DNA of 64,000 nucleotides from an archaeon (GTDB lineage Archaea > Nanobdellota > Nanobdellia > SCGC-AAA011-G17 > GW2011-AR17). Below are positions 18,555 to 30,256 of this stretch, one piece after another (within the stretch, counting starts at the first letter, position 1; each line of letters opens with the position of its first letter). Below the pieces are notes generated by a model, which was not told where the DNA came from, ran no database searches, and was given only the letters and a program-made list of their open reading frames with translations. The stretch spans positions 1,237 to 65,236 of the forward strand of contig JBDRRK010000012.1 in assembly GCA_043825775.1 (NCBI GenBank). The letters are read 5' to 3'. A program made the position numbers and the translations under genes.

Positions 18555-20819
18555 ATGAACATAGCTTGGTTTAAAGATATTTCTAAGGATAAGGTTGCTC
18601 TAGTTGGAGGTAAGGGTGCTTCATTAGGAGAGATGTTTAATTCTGATTTTCCAATTCCAGAGGGTTTTTGTGTTACTGCAGATGCTTTTAAGAATTTTAT
18701 TGAGAAATCTGGAATTGATAAAGAGATTTTTAAGATATTAAAAGAGTGTGATGTTAAGGATAATAAACAATTAAATGAAGCTTCAAAAAAAGTTCAAGAA
18801 ATTATCATAAAGACACCAATGCCTCAAGATATTCAAGAGGATATTGTTGATAATTATGAAATTCTTTCAGAGAAGGGAAAGTTTGTTGCTGTTCGTTCAT
18901 CAGCGACAGCAGAAGATTTACCTGAAGCTTCTTTTGCAGGACAGCAAGCTTCTTATTTGAATATTAATGGAGATAAAATGTTATTGGCTTCTGTTAAAGC
19001 CTGTTGGGCTTCATTATATACAGCAAGAGCAATTTATTACAGAATAAAAAATAATTTTTCACATGAGAAGGTTTTTATTTCAGTTGTAATTCAAAGAATG
19101 GTTGCTTCTGAAAAAGCTGGAGTTATGTTTTCTGTTAATCCTGTTACTAATGATAGAAGAGAGATTTTAATTGAAAGTAGTTTTGGTTTAGGCGAGGCTG
19201 TTGTTTCTGGTTCAATAACTCCTGATGAGTTTATTGTAAATAAAAATAATTTAGAAATAGCAAAGAGGAATATTGTTAGGAAGACTTGGTTCATGACAAA
19301 GAATGCAGAGGGTGATAATGTAAAGAAGGATGTTCCTGAACAGTATCAGCAAAAAGCATCTTTAACTGATGATGAGATTAAACAGCTGGCTGAATTGGCT
19401 GTGAAGATTGAGGAGCATTATAAAAGTCCACAGGATATTGAATTTGCAATTGAAGGAAAAAATGTTTATATTGTGCAAGCAAGGCCGATTACAACTTTAA
19501 AAAAGAAGAAAGCAGAAAAACATGTTGATAAAAAAACAGAACAGATTGATATGAAGGATGCTAAACTTTTAGTTTCTGGTATTGGTGCTAGTCCTGGTGT
19601 TGGAAGAGGTCTGGTAAAAATTGTTAGAGGTTTGGATGATTTAGGTAAAGTAAAACAAGGTGATGTTTTAGTTGCAAATATGACTACTCCAGATTATGTT
19701 CCTGCAATGGAAAGAGCTTCTGCAATTGTTACTGATAGTGGAGGAGTCACAGCCCATGCATCAATTGTTGGAAGAGAGATGGGTATTCCAGTTATTGTTG
19801 GTACTGAACTTGCTACTAAAAAATTAAAAGATAATCAGTTTATTACTGTTGATGCATATAAAGGAAGAGTTTTCAAAGGAGATGTTTATATTCAAGAGAA
19901 AGAGAAAGAAAAAGTTTTGAATATTAAAACTGATATTAAAATTAAGGTTATTATGGATTTGCCTGACTATGCAGAGAAGGCTGCATTGACTGGAGCTGAT
20001 GGTGTTGGACTTTTGCGTGGAGAGTTTATCAATCTTAAGAATAGAGAACATCCATCTTATATGGTTAAAAGTGGAAAGAAGGAAGAGTTTATTGCACACT
20101 TAACAGAGAATATGAAAAAGGTTTGTAAGGCATTTAAGGGAAAGCCAGTTTGGTATAGAACTTTAGATGCTCCAACTGATGAATTAAGGAATTTACCAGG
20201 TGGTAAGGATGAGCCACATGAAGATAATCCAATGATGGGTTGGAGAAGTATAAGAAGAAGTTTGGATGAACCAGAGGTTTTGAAAGCTGAGTTTGAGGCA
20301 ATAAGAAGAGTGCACGAATCTGGATTTACTAATATTGGAATTATGTTACCTTTGGTTACTGATGTTGAGCAAGTAAAAAAATCTAAAAAATTATTTAAGG
20401 AACAGACAAAATTAGAGCCTATAAAAGATATTGATTTTGGTGTTATGATTGAGACTCCTGCTAGTGTACAAATAATTGAAGAACTTTGTAAAGAAGGATT
20501 AAGTTTTGTTTCTTTTGGTACTAATGATTTAACACAGTTTACATTAGCCGTTGATAGAAATTCTGCTAGAGTACAAAAGTTATTTGATGAAATGCATCCT
20601 GCTGTTTTAAGGCAGATACATTATGTTATAAAAGTTTGTAAAAGGTATAAGGTTAAAACTTCTATATGTGGTCAGGCTGGTTCAAGGCCAGAGATGGCAG
20701 AGTTCTTGTTTAACGAAGGTGTTAATTCTATTAGTGCGAATCCTGATGCGGTTAATGCTATTAGAAAAATTATTGCAAAGTTAGAAGGGAAGATTCCTAA
20801 TGGAAAGAAAGGGAATTAA
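18555..20819 (+). CDS. ppsA: Phosphoenolpyruvate synthase
   Basis: VGGKGASLGEM, VAVRSSATAEDLPEASFAGQ, GGVTAHASIV phospho-His, SFGTNDLTQ. Confidence 0.96.
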   Translation: MNIAWFKDISKDKVALVGGKGASLGEMFNSDFPIPEGFCVTADAFKNFIEKSGIDKEIFKILKECDVKDNKQLNEASKKVQEIIIKTPMPQDIQEDIVDNYEILSEKGKFVAVRSSATAEDLPEASFAGQQASYLNINGDKMLLASVKACWASLYTARAIYYRIKNNFSHEKVFISVVIQRMVASEKAGVMFSVNPVTNDRREILIESSFGLGEAVVSGSITPDEFIVNKNNLEIAKRNIVRKTWFMTKNAEGDNVKKDVPEQYQQKASLTDDEIKQLAELAVKIEEHYKSPQDIEFAIEGKNVYIVQARPITTLKKKKAEKHVDKKTEQIDMKDAKLLVSGIGASPGVGRGLVKIVRGLDDLGKVKQGDVLVANMTTPDYVPAMERASAIVTDSGGVTAHASIVGREMGIPVIVGTELATKKLKDNQFITVDAYKGRVFKGDVYIQEKEKEKVLNIKTDIKIKVIMDLPDYAEKAALTGADGVGLLRGEFINLKNREHPSYMVKSGKKEEFIAHLTENMKKVCKAFKGKPVWYRTLDAPTDELRNLPGGKDEPHEDNPMMGWRSIRRSLDEPEVLKAEFEAIRRVHESGFTNIGIMLPLVTDVEQVKKSKKLFKEQTKLEPIKDIDFGVMIETPASVQIIEELCKEGLSFVSFGTNDLTQFTLAVDRNSARVQKLFDEMHPAVLRQIHYVIKVCKRYKVKTSICGQAGSRPEMAEFLFNEGVNSISANPDAVNAIRKIIAKLEGKIPNGKKGN

Positions 20820-21181
20820 ATAGTGTATTTTTCTAGTGTTGTTTTAATTGTGTCTCTAAATTCAGTTATACTAAAAGGTTTTCCTATAAATGCATCAGCT
20901 CCTGCTTCTATCCAGTCTTTTTGAAACTCTTCTTTTCCAGACATTCCAATTATTCCAAAAGTATTTCCATATAACTGTCTTGCTCTTTTACAAGCTTCAT
21001 AACCTTTTAAACCATTCATTTCAGTGTCCATAACAACTAGATCTGGAATATTTTTTGCTAATGATTCTAATAATTGTGTTGCATTTTCAAAAGTGCTTGT
21101 ATTATAGCCAAGTCCATCAACTAATCTTTTTACAACTTTTCTCATTAAAACTTCATCATCTACAATATATATATTTGCCAT
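20816..21181 (-). CDS. Stand-alone response-regulator receiver domain
   Basis: IVDDE, DLVVMDTEM, GMSG, IGKPF. Confidence 0.88.
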   Translation of the reverse strand: MANIYIVDDEVLMRKVVKRLVDGLGYNTSTFENATQLLESLAKNIPDLVVMDTEMNGLKGYEACKRARQLYGNTFGIIGMSGKEEFQKDWIEAGADAFIGKPFSITEFRDTIKTTLEKYTI

Positions 21182-21236
21182 AGTATTGTGAGAAAATTGA
21201 GGGTTTATAAGGGTTTTGATAAGAAAAAAAAGAATA

Positions 21237-21671
21237 TTATTCTTTAACTTCTGTAATTTCTACAACCTTAAATTTAAACTTCAAAGTTTTTCCAGCTAGA
21301 GGATGATTCATATCTAATGTTGCTTCTTTGTCATCCATTTTTATAATCTTAACTGGCATCTTTGCTCCATTTGGCAAACCCATAACTAACATTGCACCTT
21401 CTTCTGCTTCTGGAGGAAGTTTATCTTTTGGAATTGTTTGAATCATTTGTTCATTTCTTTCGCCGTAAGCTTCAGTTGGTTTTAGAGTTATTTCTTTTTC
21501 TTCATCTTTTTCCATACCAATTACAGCTTCATCAAAACCTTTGATTACCATACCTGTTCTAGCTTCAAATTCTAGAGGTTGGCCATGTGTTTCAGAACTA
21601 TCAAAAACAGTACCATCTTCTAAGGTTCCTGTGTATTCTACTTTAATTTTATCTCCTTTCTTTACTTTCAT
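21237..21671 (-). CDS. FKBP-type peptidyl-prolyl isomerase (SlyD-like)
   Basis: YTGTLEDGTVFDSS, IKGFDEAVIGM, DMNHPLAGKTL. Confidence 0.93.
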   Translation of the reverse strand: MKVKKGDKIKVEYTGTLEDGTVFDSSETHGQPLEFEARTGMVIKGFDEAVIGMEKDEEKEITLKPTEAYGERNEQMIQTIPKDKLPPEAEEGAMLVMGLPNGAKMPVKIIKMDDKEATLDMNHPLAGKTLKFKFKVVEITEVKE

Positions 21672-21746
21672 TTTAAACTCCTACGCAAACAAGTAAGAAC
21701 TCATTACGATTTATAAAAAAGAAAAATTAATGTTATTTAAAAGTTA

Positions 21747-22160
21747 CTATTCAATTTCACCCTTTAATTTCTTCATTAAATAGATGTTTTCTGTTTTCAT
21801 TTTATTTAGAACAAATGAATACTTGTGTTGTTTTGCTAATAGATCATTAAGCATTTCTGTTACTTCATTAGAATCCAATGTTACACCTGCTGGTTCAAGG
21901 ATTTCTATTGCTGATGGCATGAAGTCAAAACATATTTCCATAACTGTTTTCATTGAATCTGTTTCAAATTCAATATCTGCATAGGCAGAGAACATTGTGT
22001 TTTCTAATTCTTCTGCTGCTTTTGGTTTTACGTTAAGAATTTTTATTCCTTTTTTTTCTTTTAAATTATCTATGATATTGTTTAGAGTATTATCAACATG
22101 TTCTTTAGGAGACCCTAGTACTTCTTCAGTTATTCTTACTACGATTCTTTCTTTTTTCAT
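21747..22160 (-). CDS. Hypothetical protein
   Basis: 137-aa ORF with GGTG SD; EVLGSPKEH...FDFMPSAIEILEP. Confidence 0.7.
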   Translation of the reverse strand: MKKERIVVRITEEVLGSPKEHVDNTLNNIIDNLKEKKGIKILNVKPKAAEELENTMFSAYADIEFETDSMKTVMEICFDFMPSAIEILEPAGVTLDSNEVTEMLNDLLAKQHKYSFVLNKMKTENIYLMKKLKGEIE

Positions 22161-22330
22161 TTAAAACACCTATTGACATGAATATCATGCTTAATATAAA
22201 CAAGATTATACCTATAAATGGTAAGTTCGTTGTTTGGAAGATAATGTCTTGATTTATAATAATTTCGGATAACATATTTATAATTATAGAGTAGAGATTA
22301 AAAAGGATTTATTCTAAAATTTCGGAAGAT

Positions 22331-22394
22331 TTACAACCCAGAGCAATAGCGACAGGTAACAAATATTTACTTGCATAAAAAGGACTCAAGGATT
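22331..22394. repeat. ~64-bp dispersed repeat, copy 1 (copy 2 at 23613-23676)
   Basis: TTACAACCC.GAGC..TAGCGACAGGTAACA.ATATTTA....CATAAAAAGGACTCAAGGATT. Confidence 0.8.
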
Positions 22395-22416
22395 TATCTC
22401 TCTATTGAATAAGAAA

Positions 22417-22734
22417 ATTGGTAGACAGAAATAAGCCACCTTCTGTCCCTCTATATAGAGGTGCTAACGATTCAACTAAGCGTCTCGAAGACTTGCACCA
22501 GCAGGGGCTCACCGTTTCATCGGTTCCTTGGTCAATGTCAACAGGTTAACTCGTTCCCCTTGCGGAGAACTTCGCCATATCATCCTAAACCAGGTCGTGT
22601 CGTTTCTGGATGGTTGCCTTTGCTTTCGCAAACCCAGTGGGCTGCTTTTAGTGGTGGATGGACTTTCCTCAGAACCTTTTTGATAAAAAGCTTCACCAAA
22701 AATAAGTTCCGTAGTTAGCTATCTGCCTACCAAT
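22417..22734 (-). ncRNA. rnpB: RNase P RNA
   Basis: Minus strand GAGGAAAGTCC and ACAGAAGGTGGCTTAT conserved P4 strands; P1 helix TTGGTAGGCAGA/TCTGTCTACCAA. Confidence 0.92.
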
Positions 22735-22768
22735 GATTATGAAATAAAATAATAATTTAAAAATGTTA

Positions 22769-23143
22769 CTAAAACATCATTTGAAGTTTAGTTCTCAATG
22801 CTTCATACTTGTCTTCTGCATTTTCCATGAAATCATGAGTTGTATGGTATTGTGAACCTTGTGTTCTTAATTTTTCTATGTCTGTTAAATTCATTCCTCT
22901 GATATCTTTGCTACTTAGATTATCATACTGACCAAGATTTCTGTTTTTTGCATCAATAAAGTATTCATGTCCTGCTTCTGAAATTCCCTTTAATTGAGAA
23001 TTATCAGTACCTATATGAACTCTCTGTGTTTGGGTTTCTAGTGTTTGTGAACCAAAATCTGTTATGTTTTTAATTCCTGGAAATAGTGTTAATGCTCCAG
23101 CTACTGCCAAAGCTGCTAATCCACCTGTGATATATTCTTTCAT
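22769..23143 (-). CDS. Hypothetical exported or membrane-anchored protein
   Basis: N-terminal hydrophobic segment; AGGAG SD. Confidence 0.65.
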   Translation of the reverse strand: MKEYITGGLAALAVAGALTLFPGIKNITDFGSQTLETQTQRVHIGTDNSQLKGISEAGHEYFIDAKNRNLGQYDNLSSKDIRGMNLTDIEKLRTQGSQYHTTHDFMENAEDKYEALRTKLQMMF

Positions 23144-23160
23144 CTTATTTTATTCTCCTT

Positions 23161-23541
23161 TTAATTTGATAGAGATATAGCAATGTTTGTATAATTCATT
23201 AATTCACTTGCACTTTCAAAGCAAATTTGAACAAACTCTGGATTTGCACATCTTGCTTGTTCTTCTCTACATGTTTCCATTAGTTGATTACTACCATCAT
23301 ACATTCCTTGAATCTGAGTTAGTTCAAGATCTTCTAAGCCTCTCATCCTTTGATTTACTTCTGATTTGTCTTCTTCAAACTCTCTTATTCTGTATTCAAT
23401 TATTGGATTGTTGTTACAATCTTCTAGTCTACTATGATAATTTCCTATAACTGTTCCAGCACCAATTCCAATAATACTGGGTAGAATTATTGCTAATCCT
23501 CCAAAAAGGCTTCTTCTTATATTTTGATTTGCTTTTCCCAT
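23161..23541 (-). CDS. Hypothetical membrane-anchored protein
   Basis: Basic N-terminus plus TM helix; GAGGT SD. Confidence 0.65.
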   Translation of the reverse strand: MGKANQNIRRSLFGGLAIILPSIIGIGAGTVIGNYHSRLEDCNNNPIIEYRIREFEEDKSEVNQRMRGLEDLELTQIQGMYDGSNQLMETCREEQARCANPEFVQICFESASELMNYTNIAISLSN

Positions 23542-23612
23542 GGTATAAAACCTCTGTTTTGTTACTATTTATAAGGGGTTATTATATTTATAAAGGTTTC
23601 CATTCTCTAATA

Positions 23613-23676
23613 TTACAACCCGGAGCGTAGCGACAGGTAACATATATTTATCGACCATAAAAAGGACTCAAGGATT
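23613..23676. repeat. ~64-bp dispersed repeat, copy 2
   Basis: Similar to 22331-22394. Confidence 0.8.
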
Positions 23677-23781
23677 ATTCCCTCTCCCGATATTTACAGT
23701 ATAATAAAACAACAGAGTTCTCACTCTACTGAATAAAAATAATAAAAAAAAGTAATGAAACCATGCTAGGCAGAGTCTTGA

Positions 23782-26722
23782 AAATCCATGTCAAACTATT
23801 GGTAACTGCACGCTGAATATCTCGCCGAAGCTCGATACTTACACGCCAGTCCCATCAAACCCCTGTTTTGGGGGTGTTCTTGATCTCGTTTTGCGGTGTC
23901 TTTCGTGCTTAGATGCTTTCAGCACTTATGACTTGCTGCGTAGCTGCCCTGCCTGCCTTGTCAGACAACAGGTACACCAGAGGCAACGAACCCCTGTTCC
24001 TCTCGTACTAAGAGATCCTTCCACTCAGATCTTTAACACCTCTAGTAGATATCATACAAACTGTCTCGCAACGTTCTTAACCCAGCTCACGAACCGCTTT
24101 AACCGGTGAACACCCGTACCCTTGGGCGCTTCTGCACGCCCAGGATGCGATGAGCCGACAACGAAGTAGCAAGCCGCGCCGTCGATCTACTCACTCTGTT
24201 CGATATTTTTCGAACAAAAATTTGAGCTCTTAGGCGCGACAACTCAGTTATCCCCAGGATAGCTTTTCTGTCATACTTGGCCCCCATCAAAGAGGACACA
24301 AGGGTTCGCTAGACCAATCTTTCGATGCTGCATTTCTTACTGTTCAAAATACAGTCAGGCAAGCTTTTGCTCTTGCACTCTACTCCGGATTTCTGAACCG
24401 GATGAGCTTACCTTTGGGCCCAATTGATACCTTTTCAACTGGGTGCCGCCCCAGCCAAACTGTCTACCAACTGCTGTCCTTTCCGAAGAAAGTAAGCGAT
24501 GTAAAATGTAAAGGGTGGTGTCTCATTGGTGTCTATTCCTAATCTGGCGATTAGAACATAGCAACTACCACCTACACTGCACAATATATCTCACACCGCA
24601 ACAATAAGCTACAGTAAAGTTCCATGGGGTCTTCGCTTCCCACTAGAGGTCTCTGGACTTCACACCAGAATGTAATGTTCGGGGGCATTTAGCTTGGGAC
24701 AATGGGGAACTCGTTACGCCGTTCATGCAGGTCGTCAATTAAACGACAAGGCATTTCGCTACCTTAAGAGAATTATAGTTATTCCCGCCGTTTACCTGCT
24801 CTTAGCTCCCTTGAAAAGGAGTTTGAAGTACAGGCACTGGGCAGACGTCACGAACTATACACACCATTTCTGGCTAGCAGTTCGTTAGGTTTTTGTTAAA
24901 CAGTCGGTCCCCCCTAGTAATGGTACCCTGTAATCGCACCTATGCAGATACAATCGCAGGGACCCCTTATGCCGAAGGCACGGGGCTATTCTGTCGAATT
25001 CCCTAAGCTAAGTTAAACCCTCAGACCTTGGGCTTCTCACCCTGGACACCAGTGCTGGTTCTAGGTATAGTTACTTAAGATCCTTCCATGTTCCCTTTTC
25101 ATGGACTCCAGATATTGACCAAACAGACTCAAGGTCTGCTCATCTTAGATTTAATCTTCTTCTCACCATTATGGTACTCCAAAGATTTATTCTAGTTGAC
25201 AATCACGATGATGATTGTTGGTCTCCTCTGAAATGTTAGAAACTTGGCTTGCGTTGCCGCACGTACTTAAGTAGTACAGGAATATTAACCTGTTTCCCTT
25301 TCCCGCGAATCGGTTAAGATTGCAGTTAGGACTAACTTACCCTCAGCTGAACTACATTGCTGAGGAACCCTTGCCCTTTCGGTCCTAGAGATTCTCACTC
25401 TAAATAGATCCTACTTTTGCCAGGATTCTCATCTCTACATGGTTCACAATTACTCACGCAATTGCTTTTGCCCGTGCAGAGCGCCTACCTACCCCGCTCC
25501 ACTCTCTTGAGTGGGCAGATATAGTATCGGTAACTGATTTAGCCCCGTCCATTTTCAGGGCACATGACCTTGACAGGTGAGCTGTTACGCTATCTTTAAA
25601 GGATGGCTGCTTCTAAGCCAACCTCCCCGCTGTCTTTGGTGACGAACACCTTTCGCCCTTTAACACTTAACCAGTATTTTGGGACCTTAACTATATTGAG
25701 GGCTGTTCCCCTCTAGCTACACAAGTTTACCCCAGTGCAGCCGTTTCCAGACTTCTACGACGTTAAGGCATTTGGAGTTGGACAAGAAGGTGAAGGATTT
25801 CTCCCCCGGGCCTCCAAATCCGTAGCTCTACCTCCTTAACTATCTCTGTCCAGACTAGACTTAGGCCTATTTCGGTAGGAACCAGCTATTACCGGGCTCG
25901 ATTGGCTTTTCACCCCTAGCCACAGGTTATAAGAACATATGCACATAGCACCTCTTCAGACCTCCACCACTCATACAAGCGGCTTCATCTTACCCAAGGC
26001 TAGATCGCTCGGTTTCGGGTAGTACCCTAGTGACTTATGGCATTTTCATACCACTCTCCTTGTAAACTGCGAGATTTTGGTTTCCCTTTGAATACGCCCT
26101 TAACAGGCTTACTCTTGCCACTAAAATACACTCCCTGGCACGTTATTCGAAACGCACGATACAACTCCTTAAAGCTGTATCATTCTTTCACCATTAGATT
26201 TCAGGCTCTTTTAACTCTCTATCACGAGTTCTTTTCAACGTTCCCTCACGGTACTATTCGCTATCGGACTCAAGACATATTTAGAGTTGGAAGTTGATGT
26301 CTCCCAAATTCAGACACAATAACAAATGTGCCCTACTCAAGATACTCACACTCCTTCTAGAATTCTTTAAGGGGCTATCACCCTCTATGGCATTCCGTTC
26401 CAGAAAACTTCAATTATTCTAGTTAAGGTATAAAAGTGAGTCTTTAACACCACATCTCCCTTACATTTCTGTAAGGGATTCAGTTTGCTCTGTTCCGCTT
26501 TCTCTCGCTGATAATGACGGAATCTCGATTGATTTCTTTTCCTCTAGGTACTGAGACGCTTCAATTCCCTAGGTTCCTCGCCCTCTCGGACTATATGAGA
26601 AGTCTCATTAAGGGATCTCTGGTTCAAAGGCTGCTTGCGCCTATCCAGAGCATTTCGTAGCTTGCCACGCCCTTCATCAGTGTCTTGAACCAAGTCTTTC
26701 ATCTAATGGTTTAGTTGGATTT
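23782..26722 (-). rRNA. rrl: 23S rRNA (ends approximate; contains a 35-nt intron)
   Basis: Sarcin-ricin loop AGTACGAGAGGAAC, PTC segments, helix 1 AAATCCA/TGGATTT, flanking processing stem. Confidence 0.97.
24187..24221 (-). other. 35-nt BHB intron in 23S rRNA helix 89
   Basis: GCUC-AA^A...GAGU-AG^A with inner hairpin UGUUCGA/UCGAACA; removal gives AGAGCUCAAAUCGAC, matching the conserved AGAGYUCANAUCGAC. Confidence 0.8.
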
Positions 26723-26899
26723 ATTTAGACTCTGCCTATGCATGGTATCATTGAATATGATATATCAAAACTTTTGTTTTGTATGTTATTCACGACGACA
26801 ACTGTCGGATGATACCCTTCACACATGATACTACATCAAGTGTTGCATTTGTATATTTGATGAATAATTTTCGGACTCGCTTATTCAGCATGAGTCCTA

Positions 26900-26973
26900 T
26901 GGACTCGTCGGGATTCGAACCCGAGGCCCCCTCCTTGCAAGGGAGGTGCTCTACCAGGCTGAGCTACGAGCCC
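26900..26973 (-). tRNA. tRNA-Ala(TGC) in the 16S-23S spacer
   Basis: GGGCTCGTAGCTCAG...CTCCC-TTGCAAG-GAG...GAGTCCA. Confidence 0.96.
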
Positions 26974-26995
26974 GTATTTTAATTATGATTTAATG

Positions 26996-27025
26996 TGTAT
27001 GAGCATTTGAGTATGTAGTAGTTCT
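26996..27025 (-). other. 3' strand of the 16S processing stem (pairs with 28628-28657), with BHB
   Basis: AUGUAGUGGUUCU/AGAACUACUACAU helix, GAGU/ACUC central helix with AGA and AAA bulges, UGUAUGAGC/GCUCAUACA outer helix. Confidence 0.75.
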
Positions 27026-27119
27026 ATTATTAGCACACAAACCAAACTTTTTCAAAAAAAGTTTGATCAAAAATGTGATCAAAATCGACTTTGACCAAGG
27101 TAATATGATTTTAAATAAA

Positions 27120-28591
<1,472 letters not shown>

Positions 28592-28723
28592 TGTTGCAAG
28601 TTTATTAGAACTTAAAGTGAATTTTTGAGAACCACTACATTCTACTCAGCTCATACATCATACATAATTTTTTAATTAGGTACTCATCAAATTTTTTGAA
28701 ATTCAGCTCGTATATAAATGTTC

Positions 28724-28825
28724 TTATTTCCTATTTCTCTTTCTCTTCTCTTTCTTTAGTCTCTTTCTCTGCCATTTCCATCTCATCTGGCCTTTCTTTT
28801 TCCATCTACGGGAGCTTCTTTTCAT
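28724..28825 (-). CDS. rpl41e: Ribosomal protein eL41 (eS32); not in the supplied ORF track
   Basis: MKRSSRRWKKKGQMRWKWQRKRLKKEKRKRNRK, 33 aa, archaeal eL41 MRWKW signature. Confidence 0.85.
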   Translation of the reverse strand: MKRSSRRWKKKGQMRWKWQRKRLKKEKRKRNRK

Positions 28826-28919
28826 TAGAGATTTTGGGAAATTTACTTATTTATAAATGTTTGTGTTGTTGTAGAGAATATTTAAAAGTCAGTAGAGAGT
28901 AGAGCTTTGAGTCCTTTGT

Positions 28920-29363
28920 TTATGGTTGTAATATTTTGTAGAGATGCTGTGAAGTTGATATTTGTTTGTAATCGTCGAGAGGGATTGATAAATAAGTATT
29001 ATCTACTAGAAACTTTTTGTATTGAAGTACTTTTGTTGCTGGAATGCAGAACCATGTTGTGTAATGTATGTCTTTGTTACTGATAATATACCAAACTTGC
29101 ATGTTGAAAAGTTTTTGTAGGTTTGAATATTTTTTTGCTTCTATGTAGTCGATGCAGAGTTTTTTGTGTTTTTTTAAAGGAGTTTTATCTTTTATGTCTA
29201 CTAGGAGATATCCAAAATTTGGGATGAGAATAAAAAAATCAGGTCTTTTAATTTTTAATTGTTTTATTTCTTTTGAGAAAGTTTGTGTTTCTTGATTGAT
29301 GAACCAGAATGGAATCTTATGTTTGTCTAAATATTCTTGGAATTGTTTTTCTGCTGTGTTCAT
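28920..29363 (-). CDS. PD-(D/E)XK nuclease-like protein
   Basis: AEKQF...RPDFFI...LVDIKDK. Confidence 0.6.
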   Translation of the reverse strand: MNTAEKQFQEYLDKHKIPFWFINQETQTFSKEIKQLKIKRPDFFILIPNFGYLLVDIKDKTPLKKHKKLCIDYIEAKKYSNLQKLFNMQVWYIISNKDIHYTTWFCIPATKVLQYKKFLVDNTYLSIPLDDYKQISTSQHLYKILQP

Positions 29364-29420
29364 AAGTGTTGATTAGTTTGTAGTTTTATAAATTTTATTT
29401 AGAGAAGTCCGGAAAATTTC

Positions 29421-29495
29421 TGCCCTGGCCGGGATTTGAACCCGGGTCTTCACCTCGAAAGGGTGAAATGATTGACCGTGCTACACCACCAGGGC
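29421..29495 (-). tRNA. tRNA-Glu(TTC)
   Basis: GCCCTGG...TCACC-CTTTCGA-GGTGA...CCAGGGCA. Confidence 0.95.
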
Positions 29496-29578
29496 TTTAG
29501 TTCTTTGGAAATTTATTTTCTTTATAAAGTTTTCTTATTGACATAATGTTTATATATTGATAGGTTCTTGGATAATTA

Positions 29579-30256
29579 ATGGAAAATATTATTGAATTAA
29601 AAGATGTGTGGAAAACTTTTCGAATGGGAGAGGTTGATGTACATGCTCTTAGGGGATTGTCATTACATATTAAAAAAGGAGAGTTTGTTTCTATACAAGG
29701 ACCAAGTGGTTCAGGTAAAAGTACTACTATGTTTTTAGTTGGTTGTTTAGATTTACCTTCAAAAGGTGGAGTTTATTTAGATGGTCAGAATATTGCAACA
29801 TTAGGTGAATCACATTTAGCTCAAATTAGAGGTAGAAAAATTGGTTTTATTTTTCAAAGTTTTAATTTATTAGGGAATATTAGTGCAAAAGATAATGTTG
29901 AGTTGCCCATGACTTTTCAAGGTGTTGATGCAGCAACTAGAAGTAAAAAATCTATTGAGTTGTTAACTAAAGTTGGATTGAGGCATAGGATTACTCACAA
30001 ACCAACTGAATTATCAGGTGGGGAAAGGCAGAGAGTTGCAATTGCAAGAGCTTTAGCAAATGATCCTGAAGTAATCTTAGCTGATGAGCCAACTGGAAAT
30101 TTAGATTCTAAAACTGGAAAAGAAATTATGGATTTGTTAAAGGATTTAAATGTTAGAGAGAAGAGAACAATTATTATGGTTACCCACGATAGAAGCATTG
30201 CTATGGAAGCAAAAAGGCAAATATATTTAAAGGATGGGAGAATTAGCAAAACATAA
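29579..30256 (+). CDS. ABC ATP-binding subunit (LolD/MacB type)
   Basis: GPSGSGKST, LSGGERQRVAIARAL, ADEPTGNLD, VTHD. Confidence 0.93.
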   Translation: MENIIELKDVWKTFRMGEVDVHALRGLSLHIKKGEFVSIQGPSGSGKSTTMFLVGCLDLPSKGGVYLDGQNIATLGESHLAQIRGRKIGFIFQSFNLLGNISAKDNVELPMTFQGVDAATRSKKSIELLTKVGLRHRITHKPTELSGGERQRVAIARALANDPEVILADEPTGNLDSKTGKEIMDLLKDLNVREKRTIIMVTHDRSIAMEAKRQIYLKDGRISKT

